From assembly GCA_002633005.1 (NCBI GenBank), contig NMRA01000134.1, positions 472,652 to 536,651 of the forward strand: DNA of 64,000 nt. Reading direction: 5' to 3'. Below are positions 1 to 12,453 of this stretch, in pieces. The notes beneath the pieces are model-generated. The model ran no database searches. It worked only from the letters and a program-made list of their open reading frames with translations, and was not told where the DNA came from. Position numbers and translations under genes: made by a program. The stretch's first letter is position 1. Every line of letters starts with the position of its first letter. This stretch comes from Phoronis australis (taxonomy: Eukaryota > Animalia > Phoronida).

Positions 1-589
1 TGACAAATTTTTGCCACCCGTTTGTGAGGTAGAGCAATTTGCGCCCGAAACTGGAGCAAGGCGGAAAGGATCATCTCTACTGCGCTTGTGCAATGACCTA
101 CGTACGGGTTCTTTGTAATTAAGTTTATTGTGGACTTGTATTGGAGCTGTTTAGAAGGTGCCACGTGTGTGACGAGGGAGTCACACGGCGGGATTTAAAC
201 AGTTTGGGTGCTCAAATCGCCATCCACTGGGAGTGTGTTGTGGGACACTCAGGCAAGTGGGAAAGTTCTTCCTCTGTACGTGAGACGATAATGAGTACAT
301 CTCGGTAGGCAGCAACAGCGTGACATGTTGACTGACTCGTAAACAAAAGCAAACGACGACCGAACTTATCACAACCGAGGTAGAACAATGACTGACTCGA
401 CTGCTCTCAGTCAGACTGTATGAAAAGAAATTGGCGCGAAATTCTTGCCTCCCAAAACGTCACTTCCGGAGTAGACGACGAGTAATTAATTAAATTACGA
501 AAAGCTGTAAATAAGTGAAAAATATTTCTGGGATAATCAACGAACCCTATTTTTGCTAAAAATGACATGAAAAAAGGTTGCCTTCGCCT
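1..589 (-). mobile_element. Probable end of a Kolobok-like DNA transposon with a decayed Cys-rich ORF
   Basis: Terminus ...CCTTCGCCT followed by TTAA (590-593), which reads TTAA-AGG on the minus strand; inward minus-strand fragments VCFC, CCC, CPTTH, NCLNPAV, LP...VAKI. Confidence 0.4.
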
Positions 590-1854
590 TTAATTTCCGT
601 CTTGCCACGGTTAGTGAGTTGTGTGTGTAAACGGCCGCTTGACACGGGTCAAATTGCTCCGTGTCAGTTGCGCCGGGCCAAAAGTTGATGTCTTACTGGA
701 CTTACAAGTTACATACAGTGGACACTGCTGTTACTCATCACTCTGATCTTTGATTTCGAATGATACATTCTGATTGCAGTCACTGTGTAGCTCATTTAGC
801 CATCTGTTGTTTTGCTTAAGTTGTTTTGTTTTTCTACACAAAACATTAAGATTAAGGACATTTACTCAAATCCTCAGTTTACCCGACATTTACTGTATTG
901 TTTTACAAGGAGTATGGATAAAAATAATATTGTACTTGCTTTCTAGCATAAGTCAAACTTTTATCAAATTTTAACAGAAATTGACAGCTTAGTGCATTCA
1001 CCTCACGAAAGCGAACAGAATTTCGTTGAGCTAGACTATTTGTTTATAATGTTTAAGCATTTACAGCTTAAAAAGGAAAATTATCGTTGTTAACTGTGTG
1101 TGGTAGGAAACATTGTTTTAACTGCAGCAACATTCAGTGAATGAATGTGCTTTTTTAAGAAAGCAAGTGAAAATTCAAAAATAATTCCAATATTCATTTG
1201 GCCAAACTCTAATGACATTTTCAGTTGAAAATTGCGTCTACTGAACATCCATTGACTGTGCTAAATATATGTGCATCCAAAAGTGTGTACATCGTTTCCA
1301 TTCTACATCAATTTGTCACGTTCTGTTCTACACCACTATACTTCTAATTAAATAAGTGAAATACAACTACCGTTCTTCTGCATCCATGTTTTTTTATCAT
1401 TGTTTGCAATTACCTCTGATGAATGTTAAAGTTTTACAATTCAGTTCCTGAAACTTTGGTTCAAATTATGTCTCATACGTTGCTCGCCTCTATTTCTTGC
1501 ATAAACAAGTTTTGAAGAAACGGAGCTTAGTTGTTGGAACTACAAGCGGTATTTGAGTTTACTCTCATTCCTTGGACTTTCCTGGGTCCTAATTTGATCT
1601 GTAGGTTTTGAAATTTTTCCATTGACGTTGTGCAATGCTTTGTTTAACATTTGTATAAATAATAATGCGATTCTGAGTATATGTTAAAACTGCCATTTCG
1701 TGTTTTCAGTTGTCTCATTGGTTCATGTGTATAATCCCCGGTGTTCGCATTTACGACAGAAAGCTTGGTTATAAACTGTCTTTTTGGTTGTTATCCCCTA
1801 AATTGTTTATTAAACTGATGCAACTGGTCAAAAGTAGTTCCATCCATCATTCAT

Positions 1855-1996
1855 CATGGGCGGCGCTCCATAGGGGGCTGGGGGGCTATAGCCTCCCACT
1901 TTTATCAGTTCTACGCTGCACAAGATTAGGTGGTGCCCCACAGGGAGGCTGAGGTTGCTTTAGCCCCCCACTTTTTTCAGTGCTGCGCCGCCCATG
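1855..1996. mobile_element. Short GC-rich MITE-like family (CATGGGCGGCGC termini), dimeric copy
   Basis: TIR CATGGGCGGCGC...GCGCCGCCCATG flanked by TTCAT on both sides; related copies near 8726-8800, 31722-31791 and 31796-31882. Confidence 0.7.
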
Positions 1997-4900
1997 TTCA
2001 TGTGTGGAGTAAGGGTCTGATGTGTCTGTCAGCAATTAGCCTGGTGCTTATTGCAGTTAGATATTGTTTATGATAAGGGTCTGAAAATTTTTAGACCAGG
2101 CGAACAATCGTCATGTAAAAACACCAAAGAAGTGCAAAGACAACCTTTCCAAGTAATGAGTTTAATTTTATTTATTTAAGGATTTTTAAAACGTTTTTTC
2201 TATCTATAGTTTGTGAGTCTGAATTTCATCAATGTCTTAGAGAGTTATTTTAGGTATGCAAAAATCGTCTATAAGTGTACTTTACTATTTGAGTACTATT
2301 CAGACAGCAATTAAATTCACTGAAACATCATCAATTCTTACAATTTTAGCTTCTAATTGTCAAATCATCTTTGAATCTATCGATACATAAACAAGTAAGT
2401 TGGAAACCAACGAATTTGTTTATCAAAACGTAATGTTGTAAGCAATTTCCGCATGCGTGCTTGCAGACTCTTGACGGGTAACCGGGGGAATATTGGGAGA
2501 TGGGCATTCGTATTAAGGTGTGTTTTTGCTCATTTCAGAGATATCTATAACGGTTCACGATGTAAACTTGAACCCCTACCTGACCAAAAACACTGAAATC
2601 TAATTGCGGCAGTTCTTTGCGTACCCCCTTTCGACGTGTACACGGTCATCACAAATAGTAGCCTAGACAGCAATGTTTTCCCACGTGTGGGAATTCCTTA
2701 CAAACAACTCATAGTAACCACCTTCAAAAGAGATACTATTCTTGTGATACTACGGTACATAATATTTTATAACTAACCATCGGAAATAGTCCTTTTGTCT
2801 CATTCACAAATAGTGGTCTTCACGTTCTTCAAAATCCCACCCTTTCGATGGTGGCAATCCTACTGTATTTTTTCACATTTTTGCTTGTTTGGGTCGAATG
2901 GCTGTGCTGTGCACGAATGTTTTGTGTTTTTTGATGAATTTGGAATCTCAACTTCCATCGTGAATAATTGGCAGTTTCGGATTTACATGTTAAGAGGGAC
3001 AAAGGGACATTTCCCCCGAACTGCTCCACCGAGAGAGGGTACCGCCCGAAATGGGACACCTTAAGATGAAGGGCTAAACATCATTGAGCTTAGAAAAAAG
3101 AGTGACAGTTTATTCCACCGTCGTGTGGTCCCAAAACGAGGCAGGGAGTGACCTCCTTCAACATGAAAGCCCGTTGCACGATTTCACAAAAAACAGGACA
3201 ATAGAGTAAATCGATTCCAACATTTGGCCCCCTCTCCGTGAGCGGCCCCTTAAGAATTTGTCAAGAAAAACCCAAAAAGGGTGGCCTCTTGAATGTAATC
3301 AATGGTCTTTTTCAAGGGCGGGGCCCCTAAATACGAAAATATCTATATTTTCAAATATTAGGAAATGCACAGCAACTGATGTTGTCTGTCAGGTCATCAA
3401 TTTTTCTCAAGTAATATACAGTTCCGAGAAAAAAATAAAGCGAAAGTTGTCTCCGTTATCCCTTGCCAGAGAGGGGCATCTGGAAAAATAGTTTTGCATT
3501 CGTAAAACTGACTTATTGAATTTCAAAATCCAGTAAATTAATGCGCTTCGCAAAAGCTTCGCTTTACAAATTTTATCGATTTTTCGAAATATATGTATGA
3601 TTGATTTCGTGCACGTTTTCAAGTGCGTTTAGACGACCTGTGCTGCAAAAGCGGAGACCCTAATAACAATGTCCTGGTCAGGGTCCTCAAAAGGTAAACC
3701 ATGCACTGATGCAGGGTTGTTAAACGTTCTCTTGAATTTTCTTTCTTATCCGCATTTCGCAGTCTTTCTTTTCTCGACTGTCCCCGGCCCCAAGCCTATG
3801 TCGGTTGCCGCGGCCATGGTTTAAGCCTGACGCCTGAAAATTTTTTCTGGGGGACCGTGTCCCCCCCGCTTCTTACGGCCCTGCTGGTGCGTTTTTCAAT
3901 CATTCCCTGGTTCATGATTCTTGCGACGCTTATCACCATTTAGTCGACGAAGACGACGCCTCTCAGCCATATTAACTATTGGTGCTGAAAAACAGTAGAA
4001 CTTTTTTCTTACGTCTGTCCATTGGGTTTGAAAAAATAAATTTCCCTCCAAAATGCCCCTCCTAATTTGCAGAATTATAGCCAAAGTTTACCAAACACGA
4101 CCAAACAGATGATAGAGTTTGCTGCCAAAATTTTTGCAAAGTTTGCTTGTGTGGACTGGCCTTCAGAAATGAAAGAAATGCTGTTGTGACGTCATATTCA
4201 TAACTGACCAATCAGCGAGATACCTATGTGTTTACAAAACAAACGCACGTTGACGAATCATAGCGTAAATCGGTACAGATCGAAGAGGAAGCGTATATTT
4301 TTTCTCTTGAAAGAAAATCGTAAAAGTTGAATGAAAAGTATGGCGAAAGAAGGTGATTTTGGTGTTATGTATTCGTGCGAACAACCGATGGTAAGTAAAA
4401 TAGTTGCATCTAGGTTTTAGACAGTTTCTAATTGAGAATAACATACGAAGCGCCATGTTCCACGAAAATGAGATTGAATGAGGATTAAAATTATGTCCTT
4501 TCGGAAAATGCCCGCAAAAATAAAATCCCGTGCCGGTATGACTCGCGATCATTCAGAAAGTTTTTCCTTTTTCGTTTGGTCTTGATACCCAAACGGTGAC
4601 TAAGGACTTCGGAATCGATCGCTCCGCCCGTAACTCATTCATGAATCGTGACTCAGCCTAGTGCAGCGTGTAATTCGGTTCTACTTGTGAAATATTCGCT
4701 CGCTCTCTTTACAATGCGTACATTTACGTCTATTGGTCACCGACACGTGAAAGACAACGAGCTGGACCACTAGACAACACTCGCGGAGGGATTACTACAC
4801 TGAAATCAATATCGCTTTCACATGTTGGTGACTATCAAGGCACACAGATAACTTGTTTTCATGTGAGAGGGAAACAAAAGCGACGTAAATAATAAATTTC

Positions 4901-7900
4901 AAACTACATCGACATAGCATAGTGCGCACAAATACGTAGTAAGGCATCTCAGTCAAGAACAATAGCAGTTATAATGAGAACTCCGCCTTAATCTATTTTC
5001 TGCGATTTGTTCTCAGTGTTACTCATACACTATAAAACAAAACCCAACTTTATGGAACATAATCGCCACTGTCATCGTCACCGTCATCATTATGATTATT
5101 AGCAACCTATACTCGTTAAAACTCAGACATGCTATAAACATTGATAACTTTCCTATATTCAGCTCACTTCCTGGCAAACGCTATCGTGACCCACAGGAAT
5201 GCGACAAATATGAAACTAATTAACAAGCGGTTTCTAAGAATCCTCTATCACAGGAGGGGGAGTGCCTTTCTCAATATTGATATCTGTGTGTATGTGCTGG
5301 TGGTATATAGCTTTGTTATTGTTATCAGTCTATATCAGTTGGCTGACATCCAGTACCAGTGTACTCATTGGAACATCCCTGTGCATTGGATGGTTCATTG
5401 TTTGGAAATGGTTTCATAGAGTTATCATGTATCCAATTCCAGTAGAAGTATGAGATTTGAGATAATTTCACGGACGATGATTAACAACATCTACGTTTCA
5501 ATCTTCAATATTTGTTTTGAAATTGGAATTTCAAAATACGGAATATTGAACCGCGATTGAAACTGGTAGTTTGAACCTAAAATTCTATTTTTAATCTAAA
5601 ATTGAAAATGACATTTTGACGGCCAATATTCCAAGGTTACTATAGTGCCGCGAGAAAACCTTACAACCAATCACAACGCTGAAGTTCTAAAGAATAATTA
5701 GATTGTTTGAGAGGTTGTTCATCATTCGCGTCCATGGTGCTTGTTAGGCAAATTTTGATATTAGCTGTTTGACAAGCGAGTCACAGAAGTGTTGGGGTCT
5801 AAACACCCGTGATATTGACTAATGTTTCGTGACTCCAAACTAGTTCCATATTAAAGTGGAAACTGAAACATTGGAGCACTGGTTATCATTTTAATTTTCG
5901 TGATTCAATTTCAATTGAACCATGAAATATTGAATGGTGTGTCAAAATTTCATCGCCATAAACATTATCTTTTCAAATTTAAATTAATGTTCCAAGTTTT
6001 AATAATCAATTTCAAAACGAAAATTGTCTAGAACTGAAAACTTGGACACTTTGGTCACATTTTTTACTTATCGGCTCTTACAACCGTCCACCTCCACACA
6101 AACTAAAGACTGTGTCCTGGGCATTGCGTCCTTCCATGTGCAACTAGCATATTTACATTTATAACATTCGATATCATGAGGATTGTGTTTTATGCACACA
6201 TGGCAGAGTGGCAACATTGTTTTTACCCCATTGTAAGTGATATGGTATTTTAGCAAAAACTTTGGGCTTTTCACCACAATTTTAAGACCTGTTCCAAGGA
6301 ATGACAAAACTTCAAATCCTTCTGATGTCTCGTGTATAGGAAATTTATTTTATTCTCGGTGCCGAGATGACAGGGCTCATTGTACGGTCTGGTGTCTTTT
6401 GAATTTTTGCATCCGGTCATGACGTAATGCCCGTCAAGTTAAACAAGTAATCCTTTTACAAACTATCTGGCTAACGTAATAAATCAAATGCGTGTGCGGG
6501 TATAGTTAACAAATAACCGTGTTCCGGGCTCAGGGTCTAATCTTAGTACTTCAAATCGACTGATCCTGAAATTATTTTTGACATTTCTGGTTCACCTTAG
6601 TAACCCGCAGTCGAGATCTGTTCTCGAGTATTTCGTGGTTAATGGGTGTCCAAGTCCACATTCACACTTGGCGACCCTAGATTTTAGCCACAAACTTCGA
6701 GTAAAGACTTAGAGGTGACACTCAAACTTACAGGGGGTCAACAAATGCTCGCTGGGATTACAGTCATCCGAGTAAACCATAGTGTTCTCGAACACCGTAA
6801 TAAACACGTATTTTGAGTTCGCAGGCAAGTAGAACTGGAAATGAAATTAATTCGATATCGATTTTGAATCAACCCCGAGCCCTGGTCACAACAACAACTT
6901 TTTCACAGAGGCGTATTTGCCTTCATTCCAACAATCGTCATCAGCTACGTACTGTGTAGTGTACTCAGTGGATCAGGAATAGAGGAATACTCGAGTATTA
7001 TCGACCGTATATTCCAGTGACGTAGTTGCTAGCCAATACTCAACTGTATATTTTCACCGGTATACGACACTGGCCAACAAAAATGTCAAAGATCTCTCAG
7101 ATTAGATATAAGATTTTCATAAACATCGATTTATCATAAAGAATTGCGAGAAGAAACAAAATCTATGACTTGCCATCAACTGGGATTTACGCGAGTAGGT
7201 CACCATTAAAAGGTGATACCTATGAAAATGAAACAACGTTATAACACTGTCGTCTGGTATCGATTTCCAAGTAATACAGCTAAGGAAATCATAAGAGATT
7301 TTGTCGCTGATCTAATCAGTTGGTGGTTAGTTCCAGTGGCAACGAGCTAATACCGTATTGGCATGTGTTCAAAACAGAGAACGAAGCAAATTAGAGATAG
7401 CCTTATCCTTTTCTACGTAGTTCAAAAGCTTGTAGTCTTTGTTCAAGACGTCAGATGGGGCCCTTAAACCCAGTGAAATCCAATTTGTTGGGATAATCCT
7501 GATAAGCATAACTTAAATGGTGGTATAAACAGTCAAGAAATTTATTTTTAGTTTTATGTTCTTACTACAGGCTTTTTCATATATACTCTTTGTGGTATGA
7601 CAACCAAAGGAGCATTGTTAAAACTTTGGTGACCTCAAATCAATCACTAAAGCAGATCAACAGTTTGACCAAATGTATTGACTAGGAATATTCCAAAAAG
7701 ACAAGTAGGCTATTTTCTTAGCACTTCATAATTATTTTGTGAAGGATGTGAAACTTGAGTGTTTTTATGAAGGACGTGCTTTCAGTTAAATTAGTTTCAT
7801 TGTTTGTAGTGGAACACCTAATCTCAGGAACAGATTTGATTGGATAATACCATGTCACTTGTAAACGAGTTTACCATCTTTATAATACGTTGTATATTTT

Positions 7901-8466
7901 GGATAACATTGCTTCAAACAGACAAAATTAGATGTCGAAAAATGTAACGAGTCTACAAAATGGGCATGTTTCTGAGGTTCACATTACAAAAATGTGTGAC
8001 GAATATTCTTAGTTTACTTGATACTAGTTACTCGGTTTGGGAATAACTAATTTGCTGCTTGTCTGAACGCACTATTTTGAATTACCATGTAAGGAAAGTC
8101 ACATGACCAGTGCACTGTGTTACGGGATTGACGACACAGACCTATAAATAGCATTAATTGAATACAATAATCGATGAAGTGTACTGGTTCACGTAAAGAC
8201 AAAGTAATTTCGTTGATTTTAGGTGATCGTGTTTAGTGACATCAATGTTTTTTTTAAATGAAAAAATGAATGGATCAATTTCTATTGTATCATCGCCATT
8301 TGGTCATTAGTCAAAATGTTTTTGATTAGGCAGGACTTTAAAATAGAAATCTAAATTTCCACGAATTCTAGAATTTCGTTCACCACGTGCTTTTCCCGGA
8401 TGTATTGGCTCTTTGCCGAATCCAAATCCGTATTGTTGATAAACATACGAGTTGTCTGTGCGTAGT

Positions 8467-8694
8467 CAGTTCAGCATTTAGGGTAGACGAAAACACGTGG
8501 TTCGTTTGTTTGTAAACATTTCTAAACCACAATCAAATTTCAAGTCATTTGTACCGGCATCGAAACATTCACTGAACAGAAAGACAGAATTATCACAAAA
8601 GGCAGCTATAACAGTGAATTTTTATTTATAAAACACCATAATTTGAAACCTGAGGTGAAATACTCCAGGAGAGGAAGAAAACGTGTCAATGATG
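8467..8694 (+). other. Candidate upstream first exon of the SLC6 gene, ending ATG ATG|GTACGT
   Basis: Initiator-like TCAGTT near 8467. ATGATG (8689-8694) is followed by a GT donor; splicing to the acceptor at 12207 gives in-frame [15 protein letters not shown]. The 5' boundary is a guess. Confidence 0.45.
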
Positions 8695-8725
8695 GTACGT
8701 ATAACTAACTCATTTTGTTATATTA

Positions 8726-8800
8726 CATAGGCGGCGCACCTCAGGGGGCTGGGGGGGGTGGGGCTATAGCACCCACTTTTTTCAGTACTGAGCCGCCCAT
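8726..8800. mobile_element. Copy of the CATGGGCGGCGC MITE-like family
   Basis: GGCGGCGCAC..GGGGGCT..GGGCTATAGCACCCACTTTTTTCAGTACTGAGCCGCCCAT. Confidence 0.65.
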
Positions 8801-10546
8801 AACCATTTTCTTAGCGTTTTTTCAAAAATTCAAATATCAATTGTTTTAATTTTTATTCGTTATCGGTTGATTTATTCTTTATAAAGTTAATGTATAATGT
8901 AATCATCAGTGCTTATAAGGGCAGTAATGACAGTTGATAATTATTTGATATCAAAGCGTTGTCTTTGGAATAGGTTTGACATGCTTACAGGTAAAATGTA
9001 ACGATTAGGCCAAAAGGCATAGTTAGTTCTTGTTTGTGACCTGAATCGACTTTGAAACTTACACTGATTATACATAAAGAATAAAGCGTGCATTTCAACC
9101 AACGTGTCGAATATTTTTGAAAACCTCAGAAAGGCGTGTAGGTAATGTTTTAAACGCCGTTGCTGTCCCGTGAGACTGTATAATGATGAACTGCCTAGCC
9201 CGCATGAGTGACAGGAGTACCCCAGGTAAACATGAGTGTCTACCACCCCATCGTCAACACGGCACAAACTCTGGTAATCGAGTGGCTACAGCTCAGAAAT
9301 TGGTTTGAAACTGGTTTGATTGAAAAAAAACAAATAGTTTTTGCTAGTCTCACGTGGATTCGTTTAAAGTGATCAATTACAAGTTAAAATAACGCACCGC
9401 TGACTCAGTTTTCGCAAACCAGAACCAACTACGCCTTTTGGCTTAGGTAATGATGTTGTTTCTGCATATAGCAACATCAAAACTGTGTTTTGATTTGTGG
9501 TAGGGTTCATAAAGTATGACTGCCGGAAAACAATCTCCCAGCAACCACTTTAATCGATTTTAATACATCGATACTTAATGTTCTTTAACTCGCCGACACG
9601 TCACATGTGTGTGATCTTGTTGTTGAGGATTCATAAGTCATGGCATACTCATTGTCACTTGTTTGTCTAAAGATTACGTGGGAGTAAAAACGTATCTCTA
9701 ATTCCACTCCGATTTCAGTGAGCATGGGTTTACGATGTTTAGTTTCCTGTATAGATCCGTTGTTAATTCAATAAACCTTTCGCAACTGTCAACGTTTCCA
9801 CTGTCTAACAAGTAAGAATGCAATTGGTTACAATTAGTACACTAAATCAATAATTGTCCACCGAGTCGCATTTGCTGACTGTACTTCGAATCCTTTATAG
9901 TGCGGATATTATTATGAATATGTAAATAACACAAGGCGTTTGTGTGGGAGTTATAAATGATTCTCATTTAACCGACATTGTAGATTGCGCTACCCACTGG
10001 CAGCTGAACTGTAGGCTGTACCTTATTCCATTGATTATCAAGTTGTGTTTTTAGACCTCATGAGTGCACCCGGCATAAAAATGGGTGCCTGGAATTTTGA
10101 AAATGTGGGTACGGTTCAGAGCTACTAATGAATTGTGCATTCGCCGAATTTTGGTAGTTCCTGCCCGAAGGGGAACTTTGTCGCGTTTTCTACTTCGTGG
10201 GAGCTTTTGTTTTTCTGAGGCGGGCCTTTTTTGCTCACTTCGCCAAATGGGGGGCTCGTTTGAGCCTCCCGAGCCCCCCTGGGTGCGAGCATGGGCCTTA
10301 TCATACATGTTTCCCTTTGTTACTATCGTCATTAACCCGAATTTCTGTTTTGAAAGTTACCTTTTCAGAAAAGCATATTGATATTCTTGGGATTCAAGGC
10401 ACTGACCTCTATGATTATTTATGATGTCTATCCTTTTAAATTTCTAATGCATTTGCACCCGCTTACCGTCGATATACTTCATTGCCGATTATCGATTAAC
10501 ATGTGAAGAGAAGCCACCTAGCGGATATACGCATCAACTATGTGGA

Positions 10547-11037
10547 GCAGCCTCGTCCCCTAGCCTCAAGATGACGCTGATCAGTTTAGCCATTTGAGGC
10601 TTGGTTATGGGAATAGCGTGTCTTCCGCGCAATGATTGGCCGCTGCCTTACCGTAGTTAAAACAAAGGTAGATTTTAATTATTTTCACATGCGTTGTTGC
10701 TGCCATTCATGAAGCAGAAGGCATTATTTTGATTATGGTTTAAAATAAAAGTTGTCCGGGTACTTATTTTCAATTCTTTTTTTATTAATAGTATCATAGA
10801 AGTTAATGTTTTCAAATCAAAATACATCATTTTTGCAATAATTTATACCTAAATTGCTGCATTATACCATTAGTTTACATTTCTATGTAAAACTGCGCAA
10901 AATTCCAAAATTATTATGTTACTCGTCATATCACGGCGATTTCTGTAAAAATGTGTCAGAATTCTGACACATTTCATTTCCAAGCCTCAAATGGCTAAAC
11001 CGATCAGCGCCATCTTGAGTCTTGGGGAGGAGGCTGC
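10547..11037. mobile_element. 491-bp MITE with about 58-bp TIRs and an 8-bp TSD
   Basis: TIR GCAGCCTCGTCCCCTAGCCTCAAGATGACGCTGATCAGTTTAGCCATTTGAGGCTTGG matches the reverse complement of the right end with 5 mismatches; TSD TATGTGGA at 10539-10546 and 11038-11045. Confidence 0.9.
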
Positions 11038-11254
11038 TATGTGGACGTGAACCACCCAACGGATGTACGCATCATCCTGACGCTGGCCATTTCACATTGA
11101 TCACTTAATTGGCCTTGAAACTATATTTTTACTTGGGATGATCATTCATTAAAGTAATTCAATACCCTAAGCAAATGAGACATATAGCTGTGAAGCAACA
11201 ACCAGTGTGAGCTTTAGAAGATTTGCGGACAATAACCTTTTTCGTTCTTCACAG

Positions 11255-11263
11255 AAACGGCAA
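11255..11263 (+). CDS. Candidate 9-nt microexon (KRQ) of the SLC6 gene
   Basis: CTTTTTCGTTCTTCACAG|AAACGGCAA|GTAAGT: strong acceptor, consensus donor, frame-preserving length. Confidence 0.4.
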
Positions 11264-11821
11264 GTAAGTTGAATTTATCAAGAACGACGGATTAAACTGC
11301 ACTATTATATAATTATAATTCAAAATTGGTATGCTAATTATAACTGTCAATGTTATTGTTACCAAATCTCTAGGGTTTAGCTTGGTCCTAAAGGGGCGCA
11401 AATTCTTTCAAGTTCACCACATAATTAAGTAAAGTGAAAAACTTCAGCATGGCGTGACCAAATCTCAGGTTCTGCTAATTGCATCTAATCGAACGAATTA
11501 TTCACAAGTTTGATCCAAAGTAACTAAGTCTTATACGTACACATAAACAAGACAGTGTTTTCTGGGACACCATGTTGACTAGTCTTGTCCTTGTGTGCGT
11601 GCATTACCGGCGAATTCTCTTCACATATTTTTCGTAAAAAATAGTTGTGTTCCTCATCCACTGTCCAGATTTGTTTAAATTACTTTGCAGGCGTTTAGTT
11701 ACGTGTTGTATCAGACGTGTGCAGTCCACTTGGGCGGGCCCATTGCACTCATGATCTGAATTCACTTTTATGCTTCAGTAATATAAAGTTAAAACCGAGC
11801 TGAGGAAATAGGTCTAGTAGT

Positions 11822-11885
11822 GTGCCCTAGTGGGACTCGAACCCACGCCCTTGAGCAAAGGAAACGGACCCTTGACTCGCTGCTT
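11822..11885 (-). mobile_element. tRNA-derived SINE head or tRNA pseudogene fragment
   Basis: Minus strand GGCGTGGGTTCGAGTCCCACT forms a B-box/T-arm; no complete cloverleaf. Confidence 0.45.
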
Positions 11886-12233
11886 CCTCTTGTCGAGAAA
11901 ACAGCAAAATTGTTGAATTACTTTGTTTGAAATCAAATTCGAAAATCTCTTCTAAACAAAGACCAACTATTGTTTACAATATGATTAGTCACAATTCATA
12001 ATTCGTCACTTAGCTTGAGAACACTAAGTGATAAGTTTCTGGTTACTTTCAGGGTTAACTACTGTTAACATTGCCAATGCAAGAAACGTTTTAGTCACCC
12101 GGAGTGGTTTCTAACTTTGTGTTTAACGTTCACAAAATAAAGAAAGTAAATTAAAGATAATCTTGAGCCCATGTCCTTGATATCTAGATCATTGTTTATA
12201 TTTTAGGACAGCATCAAAGTTCCCGAGCGAAAT

Positions 12234-12453
12234 ATGGATGACAACGTAAGCAACAACTCGTCAGAGTCTGACGGTTACATTTCTAGTCAGCAGAAAATGA
12301 TTCAAAGCAATGACAGCATTGAAATGGAGACTGTTTATGCTAAGCGCGGTAACTGGACTGGTCGATTTGACTTTTTACTGTCCTTGCTAGGATATTCCGT
12401 AGGCCTCGGAAACGTATGGAGATTTCCTTACTTGGCCTACAGCAATGGCGGCG
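12234..12453 (+). CDS. SLC6 exon (N-terminus and TM1); acceptor 12205-12206, exon begins 12207
   Basis: MDDNVS...[21 protein letters not shown], donor G|GTAAGT. Confidence 0.95.

Noticed and set aside
5141-5453. Hydrophobic small ORFs (possible micropeptides)
   Set aside because: Non-ATG starts in T-rich sequence; no family motif or splice support
11822-11885. Intact tRNA gene
   Set aside because: Only the T-arm/B-box is recognisable; no acceptor stem, D-arm or anticodon arm
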